A stretch of DNA of 64,000 bases. Source: Oceanispirochaeta sp. GTDB lineage: Bacteria; Spirochaetota; Spirochaetia; DSM-2461. Every line of letters starts with the position of its first letter. Positions within the stretch are counted from its first letter, which is position 1. The DNA lies in contig CAXXXD010000003.1 in assembly GCA_963663385.2 (NCBI GenBank), forward strand, positions 1,120,001-1,184,000, given 5' to 3'. The translations under genes were made by a program, and so were the position numbers. Shown one piece after another: positions 10,325-21,456 of this stretch. The notes under the pieces were generated by a model. It saw only the letters and a program-made list of their open reading frames with translations. It had not been told where the DNA came from and ran no database searches.

Positions 10325-10372
10325 AAGAGTGGTCTTGCCTGCCCTCCGATTTGATACTAGTATAAACCTCAT

Positions 10373-13300
10373 ATGCAAAAACAGAAACAAAGCGGGACCG
10401 GTTCCCGTAAATATAATGCCATATCCTATAGTTCACTACCGGTGCAATGGCGGGAAATTCATGATGGTCTGAAAACTGTCCGGCGCTGTGACTACTTTCG
10501 CCTGAAAAGAGACCTGGACAGACTGATTCGATCATCTGGAAAGGACTTTCCCGAAGATTCGGAGCTGTTGAGCCGCATAAAAAACCGGATCCGTTCATCT
10601 GCAGAAGAGAAGCAGCGCCGGAAGCTCAGGAAGTACCGGTACAACTGGAATGACTCTCTCCCGATAACAGCCCGGAAGGATGAAATAATCCAGACAATCC
10701 GTGATAATCAGGTTGTGGTTCTGGCAGGAGAAACAGGAAGCGGTAAAACAACCCAGATCCCCAAGTTCTGCCTGGCTGCCGGACGGGGAGTGGAAGGAAA
10801 AATCGGCTGTACACAGCCGCGCCGTATTGCCGCTCTTTCCGTAGCGGAACGGATCGCCGGGGAGATGGGTGAGAAACCAGGGAAAACAGTGGGATACAAA
10901 ATCCGTTTTCAGGATAAGGATGATCCCCTGGGAGCCGTAAAAATCATGACAGACGGTATCCTTCTGGCAGAAACCCAGGGAGATGCCTGGCTGAATGAAT
11001 ATGATACCCTGATTATTGATGAGGCACATGAAAGAAGCCTGAATATTGACTTTATCCTGGGGATACTGCGCCGGCTGATTCAGAAGAGGAAAGATCTCAA
11101 ACTGATTATTACTTCAGCCACTATTGATACCAGGAAATTTTCTGAAGCTTTTGACAATGCTCCGGTTATTGAGGTTTCGGGAAGAACTTTCCCTGTAGAG
11201 GTCCGTTATCAGGATGAGGAGAGTGACGATGACGCCTCCCCGGCGGAAAGGGCGGCTGAAGCGGCCGATACCCTGATCCGTAAGGATCCCAGAGGGGATA
11301 TCCTTATTTTTATGCCCACTGAACAGGATATCAGGGAAACCTGTGACCTTATAGCTGGCCGCCATGGGGGGGCGCTGATTCTGCCTCTGTACGCCCGTCT
11401 GTCTTCATCTGACCAGCAGCGTGTATTTGCTTCTTCCTCCAGTAGAAAGATAATCGTTTCCACCAATGTGGCAGAGACCTCACTGACCATTCCCGGCATT
11501 AAATATGTCATAGATACGGGGCTGGCCCGTCTGGCTCAGTACTATCCCTCCACGGGAACCTTCGCCCTGCCTGTCGTTCCTGTATCCAGAAGCAGCGCCG
11601 ACCAGAGAAAAGGTCGCTGCGGTCGTGTGGAAAACGGTATCTGTATCCGTCTTTATACAGAGGAGGATTACAACTCCAGGCAGGAATTCACTCCGGCAGA
11701 AATCCTCAGAACCAATCTGGCGGAAGTTATTCTCAGGATGCTTTCCCTCCGTTTGGACGATCCGGCCAAATTCCCCTTTATTGACGCCCCCTCATCAGCC
11801 GGAATTGCCGACGGGTACAAGACTCTTCTGGAGCTGGGGGCTGTTCTGAATACAGGGAGCGGCAAAAAACGCCGTTACTCTCTTACAAATATCGGCCGTA
11901 CCATGGCTTCTCTTCCCCTTGATCCCCGTCTGGCCCGTATGCTGCTTCAGGCGGACCGGGAAGACTGCCTGGAGGAGATCCTGATTATCGCATCCTCCCT
12001 GAATGTTCATGACCCCAGGGAAAGGCCTTCGGATAAACCGGGTAACGCAGAGCAGGCTCAGGCAAAATTCCGGCATGAGGAATCGGACTTCCTGACCCGT
12101 TTGAATATCTGGCGCAGTTTTGAACAGGATTATGATGTAAAAAAAGCGGGGCATCTGAGAAAGTACTGCAAGGCTAACTACCTCTCTTACCGGCGCATGC
12201 GGGAGTGGCAGGATATATACAGGCAGCTGAAGATTATTCTGGAAGAGAAGGGGTATAAGGTTAAACCTTATCAGGGGAATCAGGAAAACTTCTATCCCGC
12301 CATTCACAGGGCCATTCTCAGCGGTTTTCTCTCTCATATTGCCCTGAAGAAGGAGAAGGTCTTCTATAAGGCTACCCGTAACAGGGAGATGATGCTTTTT
12401 CCCGGTTCCGGTCTGTTTCAGGGCCAGAAGGGAGGAGAGTGGATTGTAGCCGGAGAGATCGTGAAAACATCACGGCTGTTTGCCCGTATCGTAGCCAATA
12501 TTGACAGCTCCTGGCTGATTGATCTGGGAGCTCATCTGATGACCGAAACATACCACTCTCCCGTGTGGTCACAGGATAAGGGTGCCGTTATGGCGGTACA
12601 GCAGAAACGACTGTTCGGATTTATCATCACCGAGGGAAGCGTACCCTATGGACCGGTCAACCCGGCGGAAGCTACGGATATCTTTATCCGCAGCGCTCTT
12701 CTGGAAGGAATGGTTAAGAATCCTTCGGAATACCCTTTTCTGGAAAAGAACAGGGCGCTAATTGATTCAATAGTTAATATGGAAAATAAAATACGCCGTA
12801 GAAATCTGATGGTGTCTGATGAAGAGCTGTTTCTTATTTATAAATCCCGGCTGGACGGCGTATATGATCTGGGACTGCTGGAGCAGTATATCCGCGATAA
12901 GGGAGAGGATGCACTTCTTATTACCGAAAAGGATCTTCTGTCGGGCAGTACGGAGAATCTGAATCTGGAGCAGTTCCCTGATCAGCTCTCCTTCGGTAAT
13001 GTGGATGTTTCTGTGGAGTACAGTTTTGAACCGGGAGATGAAACGGATGGAGTTACCCTCCAGGTGGCGGCTCGGGATGCGGTTAATGTAGATGCCGCCA
13101 AACTGGACTGGGCCATACCGGGGCTTCACAGGGATCGTGTTACGGCCCTGATCAAAGGTCTGCCTAAAAATCTCAGAAAAAAACTGACCCCCGTTAATGC
13201 GACGGTGGAGGAGATTCTGAAAAACATGCCCCATCAGGACGATACCAGGCTTACCCGAGCGCTGAGTGAGTTTATCTATACCGAATGGGGACTCTCCATC

Positions 13301-14356
13301 CCCCTGGATGAATGGAATGAGGATGCCCTGCCGGAACACCTCAGGATCCGTATCGCCGTAACTGACGAGAAGGGAAAGGTGATTGAAGCCGCCCGTGATT
13401 CGGAGGTCCTCTATAAAAAATATAAAGCCAATGTGGACAGGAATGCCCTAAACCGCTGCCGCAGGGAGTGGGAGAGGAGCGGTATTCAGAAATGGGATTT
13501 TGATGACATTCCCGAAGAGATCACCCTGAAAGGAAAAGGGGGACTTATATTCAAGGTCTATCCTGTTCTTAAGGACTGCGGCGAGGATGGTGCTGCTCTG
13601 GTCCTGCTGGAGAACAGGGACGAGGCTCTGGATACCCATCAGAAAGGCCTTGCACGGCTTCTCAGAGGGGAATTCGCCAAGGAGGTCCGGGCTTTCCGCA
13701 AGGAGCTTTCCTCCAGTTATCCTCTGGGAGACGGAGCGGCTTATTTCGGAGGATCAGATAAAATCGAAAGGATGATCTGGAATCGGATCTTTCTGGAATC
13801 CTCTGAGAAGCCCGTATGGAAGGAGTCCGAATTCCGCAGCCTGGCTTCCGATCTGGCACCCCGCCTGTTCTCTATTGCTTCGGACTATTATGAACAGGCT
13901 TCCGGGATCATCGAAGATTTCCGGGAAACACGCCTTTTTCTGGGGCAGGCGGAAAAGAAACGGGGAGCCGGAGGGCTGATTTATATAGAACAGCGCCGGG
14001 AAGACCTGAAAGAGCTCGTTCCCGATAATTTCCTGGAAAAATACCCCTCCCACAGGATCCGTCAGCTTCCCCGGTATATGAAACTTATCAGACTCCGGGC
14101 CGAAAAAGGGAACCTGGATCCCGTAAAAGACCGGGAGAGGGAGAACACTTATCTGCGCTACTGGAACCGGTATCAAAAAATTGTAAAGGAACTTCCCGAA
14201 TGGATCAGTCCCTCCCGGAAAGAAGGGGTGGAAGATCTGTGGTGGTACCTTCAGGAGTATAAGATTTATCTCTTTGCCCAGGAGATGAAAACCAGAGAGA
14301 AGGTTTCCACGGAAAGGGTTGAGAAGAGACTGGATAAACTTCAGGCCATGCTCTAG
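10373..14356 (+). CDS. hrpA: ATP-dependent RNA helicase HrpA
   Basis: GETGSGKTTQIPK, TQPRRIAA, DEAHERSLNID, SAT, QRKGRCGR; 1327 aa. Confidence 0.95.
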   Translation: MQKQKQSGTGSRKYNAISYSSLPVQWREIHDGLKTVRRCDYFRLKRDLDRLIRSSGKDFPEDSELLSRIKNRIRSSAEEKQRRKLRKYRYNWNDSLPITARKDEIIQTIRDNQVVVLAGETGSGKTTQIPKFCLAAGRGVEGKIGCTQPRRIAALSVAERIAGEMGEKPGKTVGYKIRFQDKDDPLGAVKIMTDGILLAETQGDAWLNEYDTLIIDEAHERSLNIDFILGILRRLIQKRKDLKLIITSATIDTRKFSEAFDNAPVIEVSGRTFPVEVRYQDEESDDDASPAERAAEAADTLIRKDPRGDILIFMPTEQDIRETCDLIAGRHGGALILPLYARLSSSDQQRVFASSSSRKIIVSTNVAETSLTIPGIKYVIDTGLARLAQYYPSTGTFALPVVPVSRSSADQRKGRCGRVENGICIRLYTEEDYNSRQEFTPAEILRTNLAEVILRMLSLRLDDPAKFPFIDAPSSAGIADGYKTLLELGAVLNTGSGKKRRYSLTNIGRTMASLPLDPRLARMLLQADREDCLEEILIIASSLNVHDPRERPSDKPGNAEQAQAKFRHEESDFLTRLNIWRSFEQDYDVKKAGHLRKYCKANYLSYRRMREWQDIYRQLKIILEEKGYKVKPYQGNQENFYPAIHRAILSGFLSHIALKKEKVFYKATRNREMMLFPGSGLFQGQKGGEWIVAGEIVKTSRLFARIVANIDSSWLIDLGAHLMTETYHSPVWSQDKGAVMAVQQKRLFGFIITEGSVPYGPVNPAEATDIFIRSALLEGMVKNPSEYPFLEKNRALIDSIVNMENKIRRRNLMVSDEELFLIYKSRLDGVYDLGLLEQYIRDKGEDALLITEKDLLSGSTENLNLEQFPDQLSFGNVDVSVEYSFEPGDETDGVTLQVAARDAVNVDAAKLDWAIPGLHRDRVTALIKGLPKNLRKKLTPVNATVEEILKNMPHQDDTRLTRALSEFIYTEWGLSIPLDEWNEDALPEHLRIRIAVTDEKGKVIEAARDSEVLYKKYKANVDRNALNRCRREWERSGIQKWDFDDIPEEITLKGKGGLIFKVYPVLKDCGEDGAALVLLENRDEALDTHQKGLARLLRGEFAKEVRAFRKELSSSYPLGDGAAYFGGSDKIERMIWNRIFLESSEKPVWKESEFRSLASDLAPRLFSIASDYYEQASGIIEDFRETRLFLGQAEKKRGAGGLIYIEQRREDLKELVPDNFLEKYPSHRIRQLPRYMKLIRLRAEKGNLDPVKDRERENTYLRYWNRYQKIVKELPEWISPSRKEGVEDLWWYLQEYKIYLFAQEMKTREKVSTERVEKRLDKLQAML

Positions 14357-14386
14357 GTAATAGGCCGAGCTGTCGATAGTAAAATT

Positions 14387-15403
14387 ATGTCACCTCTTAA
14401 ACGTTTTTTTCTGGCACTGCTGCTGATTCTTATACTTATCGGGCTGGGATCCTGGGGTTTTATGGCTATAGAAGGCTGGTCCTGGGACGACAGTGTGTAT
14501 ATGACATTTCTCACTTTCTCAACGGTCGGATTCAGCGAGGTCCATCCCCTCAGCAGGGAAGGCCGGTATTTTATGATCTTCCTGATTATAATCAGTCTGC
14601 TGACTATCGGTTATATCATAACAACCATTATTTCCTTTCTTTTTGAGGGGCATTTTCTACAAACCATGAAGGAGCGACGGATGAAATATTTTCTCGGTCA
14701 GATAAAGGATCACTACATCATTTGCGGTTTTGGAGATGTTGGAAAGGAGTCAGTCAAAGAGTTTCAGAGAATAAAGGCTCCTTTTCTGGTAATCGATCTC
14801 AATGTGGATTCCATAGATAAAAACCGTTATCCCGATATCATGTTTGTTGAAGGGGATGCTTCGGAAGAGGATACTCTTGAAAAGGCCCGTATTCACAAGG
14901 CGAAAGGATTCATATCCTGTCTGCCGGAAGACCCGCAGAATGTTTTTACCGTGCTCACAGCCCGTCAGATGAATCCGTCTCTGAATATTGTTTCCAAAGC
15001 TTCCGATGAGCGGACCGTTAAAAAGCTGGAGAAGGCCGGGGCTAACCGTGTAATATCTCCCAGCCAGATTGCAGGACGCCGCCTCGCCTCTGTCAGCGTT
15101 AAACCGGCTATTGTGAATTTTCTGGATGTCCTTTCCACCGGAGGAGGGGATGAGGATATCCGGCTGGAATCGGTTCGTATAGCCAAAGGCTCTTCCCTTG
15201 TCGGGAAATCCCTGAAAGAGAGCAATATCGGGCAGTATACAGGAGCTATCATAATAGGAATTCTGAATCCCCGGGGAGAGGCCCGACTGAATGAGGGGGC
15301 CATGGCTTCTCTGGCCGCCATCCGTCTGCAGGAAGAGGATCAGCTGATTGCTCTGGGAAACGAAGAACAGATTTCACATCTGCAGAAATTCGCTTCCACC
15401 TGA
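14387..15403 (+). CDS. Potassium channel with RCK (TrkA-N/TrkA-C) domains
   Basis: Two-TM pore with STVGFSE filter; IICGFGDVG Rossmann motif; C-terminal RCK_C. Confidence 0.9.
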   Translation: MSPLKRFFLALLLILILIGLGSWGFMAIEGWSWDDSVYMTFLTFSTVGFSEVHPLSREGRYFMIFLIIISLLTIGYIITTIISFLFEGHFLQTMKERRMKYFLGQIKDHYIICGFGDVGKESVKEFQRIKAPFLVIDLNVDSIDKNRYPDIMFVEGDASEEDTLEKARIHKAKGFISCLPEDPQNVFTVLTARQMNPSLNIVSKASDERTVKKLEKAGANRVISPSQIAGRRLASVSVKPAIVNFLDVLSTGGGDEDIRLESVRIAKGSSLVGKSLKESNIGQYTGAIIIGILNPRGEARLNEGAMASLAAIRLQEEDQLIALGNEEQISHLQKFAST

Positions 15404-15467
15404 AATATAAAAAATTAACAGGACCGGCTCCTGGTGCTGCCTCTTGAACCGGTCCTGCATCCTGTTG

Positions 15468-17735
15468 TTATTTAGACTCTTCTCTCAGAAGATTCAGAGC
15501 CGAACCGGATTTAAACCAGCGAATCTGTTCCTCATTCAGAGTGTGAACGGCTGTTATCGTCTCTTCCGATCCGTCCGAATGAGTCAGAACCAGCGAGAGT
15601 TCTGTTCCCGGTGAAAGCTTATCAAGACCTGTAACGGAAATCCTGTCCTCTTCCCGGATCTTTTCATAATCAGAAGGATCTTTAAAAGTCATGGCCAGTA
15701 TTCCCTGCTTTTTCAGGTTCGTCTCATGTATACGGGCAAAGCTTTTTACCAGAACTGCAGCACATCCAAGAAGACGGGGACTCATGGCGGCGTGTTCGCG
15801 GCTGCTGCCCTCTCCGTAGTTTTCATCACCCACAATGATCCATCTGGCCCCTTCCGCCTTGTAACTGCGGGCGGTATCAGAAAAGGACACTCCGGTTTTT
15901 CCGGAAAGAAGATTTTTTCCGGTTCCAGTTTCATCCGTAAAAGCATTGGTGGCGCCGCAGAGCATATTATCGGAAATATTATCCAGATGTCCTCTGTATT
16001 TCAGCCAGGGGCCGGCCGGGCTGATATGGTCGGTCGTACACTTTCCCTTTGCTTTACACAGAAGGGGCAGGGATTCAAGATCCTTTCCATCCCAGGGGGT
16101 AAAGGGCGTTAGGAGCTGAAGGCGATCGGAAGTCTTATTGACTTTTACCTCAACCGATGCTCCTTCCGGATCCTGGTAACCGGCTCCGTTATCAAGGAAT
16201 CCCTTTGAAGGAAGTTCTTCACCCCGTGGGATATCAAAGCGGACATCCTTACCCTCCCTGTTTTTTACAGTGTCAATTAAGGGATTGAAATCCAGTTTAC
16301 CGGTTATTCCCATAACTGTAACCATTTCGGGACTGGCGATGAATGAGAGAGTTTCCGGGTTGGCGTCGTTACGGGCCCGGAAGTTTCTGTTAAAACTGTT
16401 GACTATGCTGTTTTTAACGCCCTTTTTCACATCCTCCCTCTGCCACTGTCCGATACAGGGACCGCAGGAGTTGGTCAGGATAGTGGCGCCGCCCTCTTCA
16501 AGCACAGCAAGCTGTCCGTCCCGGGCTATGGTGTCTTTCACCAGAAGGGAGCCGGGTGAAATCAATAGGGGAAGGGCAGGATCAATCCCTTTTTCAATAG
16601 CCTGCTTCATTATTGAGGCGGACCGGTCAATATCTTCATAGGAAGAGTTGGTACAGCTTCCTATCAGAGCTGCCGTAATCTCTGTAGGCCAACCTTCCTT
16701 AACGGCTTTTTCTTTCATCTCGGAAAGGGAGGTAACCGCATCGGGAGAGTGGGGTCCTGTAATCTGGGGTTCCAGCTCATCCAGGTTGATTTCAATGACC
16801 TGATCATAGTATTTCTCAGGATCGGCCAGGACTTCCGCATCGGGAGCCAGTATATCAGAGGCCTTGTCCGCCAGATCAGCCAGGGCCTTTCTACCCGTAG
16901 AAGAAAGGTAGGCCTGCATTTTTGTATCATAGGGGAACAGGGAACAGGTCGCGCCCAGTTCGGCACCCATATTGGCAATGGTTGCCTTACCGGTACAGCT
17001 GATGCTGGAGCATCCTTCTCCGAAGTATTCTACAATACGGTTTGTGCCGCCTTTTACGGTGAGTATTTTAAGGAGCTTGATAATGACATCCTTGGGAGAT
17101 GTCCAGCCCTTCATGCTGCCGGTCAGCTTGACGCCGAGTATCCCCGGATTCTTTACTTCCCAGGGAAGACCGGCCATTACATCCGATGCATCGGCCCCGC
17201 CGACACCGCTGGCGATCATTCCCAGACCGCCTGCGTTGGGGGTGTGAGAATCCGTACCTATCATCATCCCGCCGGGGAAGGCATAATTTTCCAGAACAAT
17301 CTGATGGATAATACCGGCGCCGGGTTCCCAGAAACCGATATTGTAGTGGCTGGCCGCTGTGGACAGGAATTCATAAACTTCCCTGTTCTCTTCTTTGGCT
17401 CTTGCCAGGTCTTCATCATTGCCGGAATAGGCTCTGATCAGGTGATCGCAGTGAACTGTGGCCGGTACGGCAGATTCCTTTCGACCGGAAAGCATGAACT
17501 GAAGAAGGGCCATCTGCGCGGTAGCATCCTGCATGGCAACTCTATCGGGCTGAAGCAGCAGGAAACTGCTGCCTCTTGTAAGGTCCTGGTTCCGGGGATC
17601 AATAAGGTGGCCGAAAAGGACTTTCTCGGCCAATGTGAGGGGACGGTTCAATCTTTCCCGGACAATATTGAGGTTTTCTCTTGTTTTTTGATAGGTTCCC
17701 TCTACTAAAGCAGGGGTTGTTGCTATTTCAGACAT
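15468..17735 (-). CDS. Aconitate hydratase (mitochondrial-like type)
   Basis: [56 protein letters not shown]; 755 aa. Confidence 0.95.
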   Translation of the reverse strand: MSEIATTPALVEGTYQKTRENLNIVRERLNRPLTLAEKVLFGHLIDPRNQDLTRGSSFLLLQPDRVAMQDATAQMALLQFMLSGRKESAVPATVHCDHLIRAYSGNDEDLARAKEENREVYEFLSTAASHYNIGFWEPGAGIIHQIVLENYAFPGGMMIGTDSHTPNAGGLGMIASGVGGADASDVMAGLPWEVKNPGILGVKLTGSMKGWTSPKDVIIKLLKILTVKGGTNRIVEYFGEGCSSISCTGKATIANMGAELGATCSLFPYDTKMQAYLSSTGRKALADLADKASDILAPDAEVLADPEKYYDQVIEINLDELEPQITGPHSPDAVTSLSEMKEKAVKEGWPTEITAALIGSCTNSSYEDIDRSASIMKQAIEKGIDPALPLLISPGSLLVKDTIARDGQLAVLEEGGATILTNSCGPCIGQWQREDVKKGVKNSIVNSFNRNFRARNDANPETLSFIASPEMVTVMGITGKLDFNPLIDTVKNREGKDVRFDIPRGEELPSKGFLDNGAGYQDPEGASVEVKVNKTSDRLQLLTPFTPWDGKDLESLPLLCKAKGKCTTDHISPAGPWLKYRGHLDNISDNMLCGATNAFTDETGTGKNLLSGKTGVSFSDTARSYKAEGARWIIVGDENYGEGSSREHAAMSPRLLGCAAVLVKSFARIHETNLKKQGILAMTFKDPSDYEKIREEDRISVTGLDKLSPGTELSLVLTHSDGSEETITAVHTLNEEQIRWFKSGSALNLLREESK

Positions 17736-18001
17736 AGACAGCTCCTTAAAAAGTTCAGCAGAAATCTCGGGGAAATGATTATATATAAGATAACTTTCAT
17801 TGCTCCCGGAATTTTACCTGTAAAAAAGACTCTTCCTATTCCTGAATTCAGGGGGCATACTGCTGATTTCAATTATTATTGACGAAAAAATAAATAAAAT
17901 CAATTTCTCATACCATATTCTACATTTCATAATCCTATTTGCCCCTGAGGAGAATGTTTTCTATAATGATATTACACTGAAGAGTAACCCGGGAGTGACA
18001 A

Positions 18002-19828
18002 ATGAAGAGTGATAAAAAGAAGAATAATGGCAGGTTCTGGAAAGGGCTGGGACGATTCCTGGATATAAGCAGGAGAGTTGTCCTGAATCTTATTTTCTGG
18101 TCTGTTATTATCCTCATTGTTATCGCTCTGATACCCCCGAGGATCCCGGTTAAGGAGAATTCCCTGCTTTATCTTAAGCCGGATGGTATCCTTGTAGACT
18201 CACTCAATATTCCCGATTACCCCTTTGATGCGGCTCCCTTTCTGAATCGTTCTGTTGAGACATCAGCAATAGATCTGGGGGCAGTTATCAGAAATGCGTC
18301 CGCGGATGACCGGATCAGCGGGATGATTCTGGATCTTTCCACATTTGAATATGGCTCACTGGCTGTCCTGCAGGATCTGGAAAAGGATCTGCTTGCATTT
18401 AAGGAAAAGGGGAAAAAAATCTATGCCTGGGCTCCCGACTATAATCAGTACGCCTATTATCTGGCCTCCACCGCAGACAGAATCTATATGGACACCATGG
18501 GACGGGTCCTACTTTCAGGTTTTGGAGTATTCCGATCCTATTTTAAAGCGGGGATGGACAAATGGGACCTGGGAATGGCTGTTTTTCAGGCCGGTGAGTA
18601 TAAGTCTTTTGTTGAACCCTACCTTTATGACCGTATGTCCGAGGGTGTAAAGAAAGAGAACCTCCGCTGGACTGGGAATCTCTGGAATCAGCTTCTGGAC
18701 TCTATCGCATTAAACAGGGGGATTGATAAAACATCCCTGATAAAATGGGTGGATGAATACCCGGAATACCTGAATCAGGCTGACAATAACGAAGCTGAAT
18801 CAGCGTTGAAAGCCGGTTTGGTTGATGATACGGGAAGCTGGCGGGACTTTTCTTCCGAAATGGTAAAAATTACCGGTTATGATGCGGATAATGAAGGATT
18901 CCGTTCCATCCACTGGCTGGATTATCAGGTTCTGATTAAGCGGAAACTGCCAGAACCCTTTGAAAAGACAGTGGCTGTTATTACCGCAAGCGGGGATATT
19001 CATTCGGGCGAAGGCACTCAGTGGACAATCGGTTCCGATACACTGATCCGCAGACTGGAAGAGGCGGAAAATGAAAGAAGCGTCCGAGCCATTGTACTGC
19101 GTCTGGATACGGGCGGGGGCAGCGCTTATGCCTCTGAAGAGATACGCCGTACCCTGGAGAGAATACGGGAACGCGGCATGACCGTTGTGGTCTCCATGGG
19201 GGGAGTAAGCGCCTCCGGAGGTTACTGGATTGCCAGTGAGTGCGATGAGCTCTGGAGTTCTCCGGGAACTATAACAGGCTCCATAGGGGTTTTTTCTCTT
19301 ATTCCCGAAACAGACAGTTTCCTTGAGGAACACCTGGGCATCCGGGGAGACGGCATCGGAACGACCTGGATGAGCGGGCAGGGCAGGCCGGACCAGCCGT
19401 TGAACGGATCATCCCGAGCTGTTCTGCAGAGCGGTGTAAACAGTACATATAAAACATTTCTCTCCCTTGTATCCGAAAACAGAAATATTCCTCCGGAGGA
19501 ATTAATCCTTCTGGCAGAAGGGCGTATCTGGACGGGGGAGGAAGCTGTCCGTTACGGATTATGTGATAAAAACGGTACTCTGAGAGAGGCTGTTCAGGCC
19601 GCAGCGGATCTGGCCTATCTGGAGGATTATAATACCTGGTATGTTCCCCCTGTTTCCCCGTCTTTGATGGAAATGGCCGCATCCTTTATGAGCCGTATCT
19701 CCTCGGATCTGACGGGTAAAATTTCCGTTCCGTTACAGATTCTGGACGTTTATAGTAGATCAACAGATCTGGTTCCCGGAAAAATATACGCCCTTTCTCC
19801 CATCCGGAATGGAAATATTATTAAATAG
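18002..19828 (+). CDS. sppA: Signal peptide peptidase SppA (long form)
   Basis: N-terminal TM, two S49 domains; GEYKS, DTGGGS, SASGGYWIA, TGSIGV. Promoter TTGCCC-N17-TATAAT upstream. Confidence 0.93.
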   Translation: MKSDKKKNNGRFWKGLGRFLDISRRVVLNLIFWSVIILIVIALIPPRIPVKENSLLYLKPDGILVDSLNIPDYPFDAAPFLNRSVETSAIDLGAVIRNASADDRISGMILDLSTFEYGSLAVLQDLEKDLLAFKEKGKKIYAWAPDYNQYAYYLASTADRIYMDTMGRVLLSGFGVFRSYFKAGMDKWDLGMAVFQAGEYKSFVEPYLYDRMSEGVKKENLRWTGNLWNQLLDSIALNRGIDKTSLIKWVDEYPEYLNQADNNEAESALKAGLVDDTGSWRDFSSEMVKITGYDADNEGFRSIHWLDYQVLIKRKLPEPFEKTVAVITASGDIHSGEGTQWTIGSDTLIRRLEEAENERSVRAIVLRLDTGGGSAYASEEIRRTLERIRERGMTVVVSMGGVSASGGYWIASECDELWSSPGTITGSIGVFSLIPETDSFLEEHLGIRGDGIGTTWMSGQGRPDQPLNGSSRAVLQSGVNSTYKTFLSLVSENRNIPPEELILLAEGRIWTGEEAVRYGLCDKNGTLREAVQAAADLAYLEDYNTWYVPPVSPSLMEMAASFMSRISSDLTGKISVPLQILDVYSRSTDLVPGKIYALSPIRNGNIIK

Positions 19829-19867
19829 GCATGGATAAACTTTCTCTCAAGGATTAATATAGGATTT

Positions 19868-20344
19868 ATGGAAATAGCATTACCTTTGGAAATCTTAAAC
19901 AATATGCCCTGGTTCTGGCTGGGAGTCGCGGTTCTTATGACCATTATCGAAGGCATGACAATGGGATTGACCACCATATGGCTGGCAATCGCCGCACTGG
20001 CCAGTATGGTTCTGGCTTTTATCATCCCCTCTGTTACGGCGCAGATAACCGTTTTTCTGATTCTATCCATCATCCTTTTTCTCTTTACCCGGCCGGTAGC
20101 CATAAAAAAGATGAAACTGGGAAAGGAAAAAACGAATTCTGACCGTCTGATAGGCATGAGCGCCCTGGTAACGGAAAATGTCAGCACCGATGAACCGGGG
20201 CAGGTAAAAGTGGGAGGCCAGATATGGACGGCCCGTCCCGAACCGGCCAATCTGATTCTGGAAAAAGGAACGGCCTGCCGGATTCTCAGTATTCAGGGAG
20301 TTACCCTGCTGGTTGCTCCCGAATCGGCAGAAGAAGAAAAATAA
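19868..20344 (+). CDS. NfeD family protein
   Basis: Hydrophobic N-half then OB-fold (GQVKVGGQIWTAR); upstream of the SPFH gene. Confidence 0.9.
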   Translation: MEIALPLEILNNMPWFWLGVAVLMTIIEGMTMGLTTIWLAIAALASMVLAFIIPSVTAQITVFLILSIILFLFTRPVAIKKMKLGKEKTNSDRLIGMSALVTENVSTDEPGQVKVGGQIWTARPEPANLILEKGTACRILSIQGVTLLVAPESAEEEK

Positions 20345-20400
20345 TAGGAAATGGACCGGTTATCTCATGGATGAACCGGTAAGTATAAGGAGTAAGTATT

Positions 20401-21324
20401 ATGTTTGAATCCTGGTTATTAATTGCACTGCTGTTTTTTATTCTGATTATTCTGATTAAAAATATCAGAATCGTTCCACAGGCCCAATCCTATATTCTGG
20501 AAAGACTGGGTGCTTATCAGAGTACCTGGACTGTAGGGCTTCATGTGAAAATCCCCCTGGTGGATAAGGTTGCCAACAAGGTTTCCATTAAGGAAAATGT
20601 TATTGATTTTGATCCTCAGCCGGTTATTACAAAAGACAATGTAACCATGCAGATTGATACTGTCGTTTATTATCAGATCACAGATCCCAAACTGTTTACC
20701 TACGGTGTAGACAGACCTATCAACGCCATTGAAAATCTGACAGCTACCACTCTCAGAAATATAATTGGTGAACTGGAACTTGATGAAACCCTGACCTCCC
20801 GTGACCTGATTAATACAAGAATGAGAAGCATTCTGGATGAAGCCACCGACCCCTGGGGGATCAAGGTTAACCGTGTGGAAGTAAAAAACATCCTTCCTCC
20901 CCCTGATATTCAGGACGCCATGGAAAAACAGATGCGGGCAGAACGTCAGAGAAGAGAGTCGATCCTTCGGGCAGAAGGAGAAAAAAGGTCAGCTATTCTG
21001 GTTGCAGAAGGGAACAAGGAATCTGCCATTCTTAATGCAGAAGCCGAGAAACAGGCTGCTATCCTGAGGGCCGAAGCGAATAAGGAAGCTGCTATTAGAG
21101 AAGCGGAAGGTGAAGCGGAAGCCATTCTCAAACTGCAGCAGGCAACCGCCAAAGGTTTGACCATGCTGAAGGCTGCGCAGGTGGACAGCTCCGTCATCCA
21201 GCTGAAAAGCCTGGAAGCCCTTGCCAAAGTGGCAGACGGTCAATCCACCAAAATAATCGTTCCCTCCAATATTCAGGACCTGGCGGGACTTGTTACTTCC
21301 ATCAAGGAAATAGGATCTAATTAA
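20401..21324 (+). CDS. SPFH/stomatin (QmcA-like) protein
   Basis: ILERLG, VITKDNV, TTLRNIIGELELDETLTSR, WGIKVNRVE, AMEKQMRAER. Confidence 0.95.
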   Translation: MFESWLLIALLFFILIILIKNIRIVPQAQSYILERLGAYQSTWTVGLHVKIPLVDKVANKVSIKENVIDFDPQPVITKDNVTMQIDTVVYYQITDPKLFTYGVDRPINAIENLTATTLRNIIGELELDETLTSRDLINTRMRSILDEATDPWGIKVNRVEVKNILPPPDIQDAMEKQMRAERQRRESILRAEGEKRSAILVAEGNKESAILNAEAEKQAAILRAEANKEAAIREAEGEAEAILKLQQATAKGLTMLKAAQVDSSVIQLKSLEALAKVADGQSTKIIVPSNIQDLAGLVTSIKEIGSN

Positions 21325-21348
21325 GGGATAGACTCGTCCTCTATCCGG

Positions 21349-21454
21349 ACCTCCCCCGACCCCTCCTCAGGAGGGGCGTAAAAATCTACTTCTCCCTTCA
21401 TAGGCGATGCAGGTTAGAATATTATTCCCCTCCTGAGGAGGGGTAAGGGGAGGT
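21349..21454. repeat. REP-like doublet / REPIN-like element
   Basis: 28-bp inverted arms (26/28 identical) at 21349-21376 and 21427-21454, each with an internal palindrome CCCCTCCT-N-AGGAGGGG. Confidence 0.75.
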
Positions 21455-21456
21455 TC

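Noticed and set aside
16749..17708. 319-aa plus-strand ORF and other long antisense ORFs (e.g. 7015-7683, 22287-23036, 35135-35920, 51070-51735)
   Set aside because: Shadows of well-supported genes on the opposite strand, with no motifs or SD.
17736..18001. Riboswitch or iron-responsive element upstream of the aconitase
   Set aside because: No CAGUGN loop or recognisable riboswitch core; the region is explained by divergent promoters.
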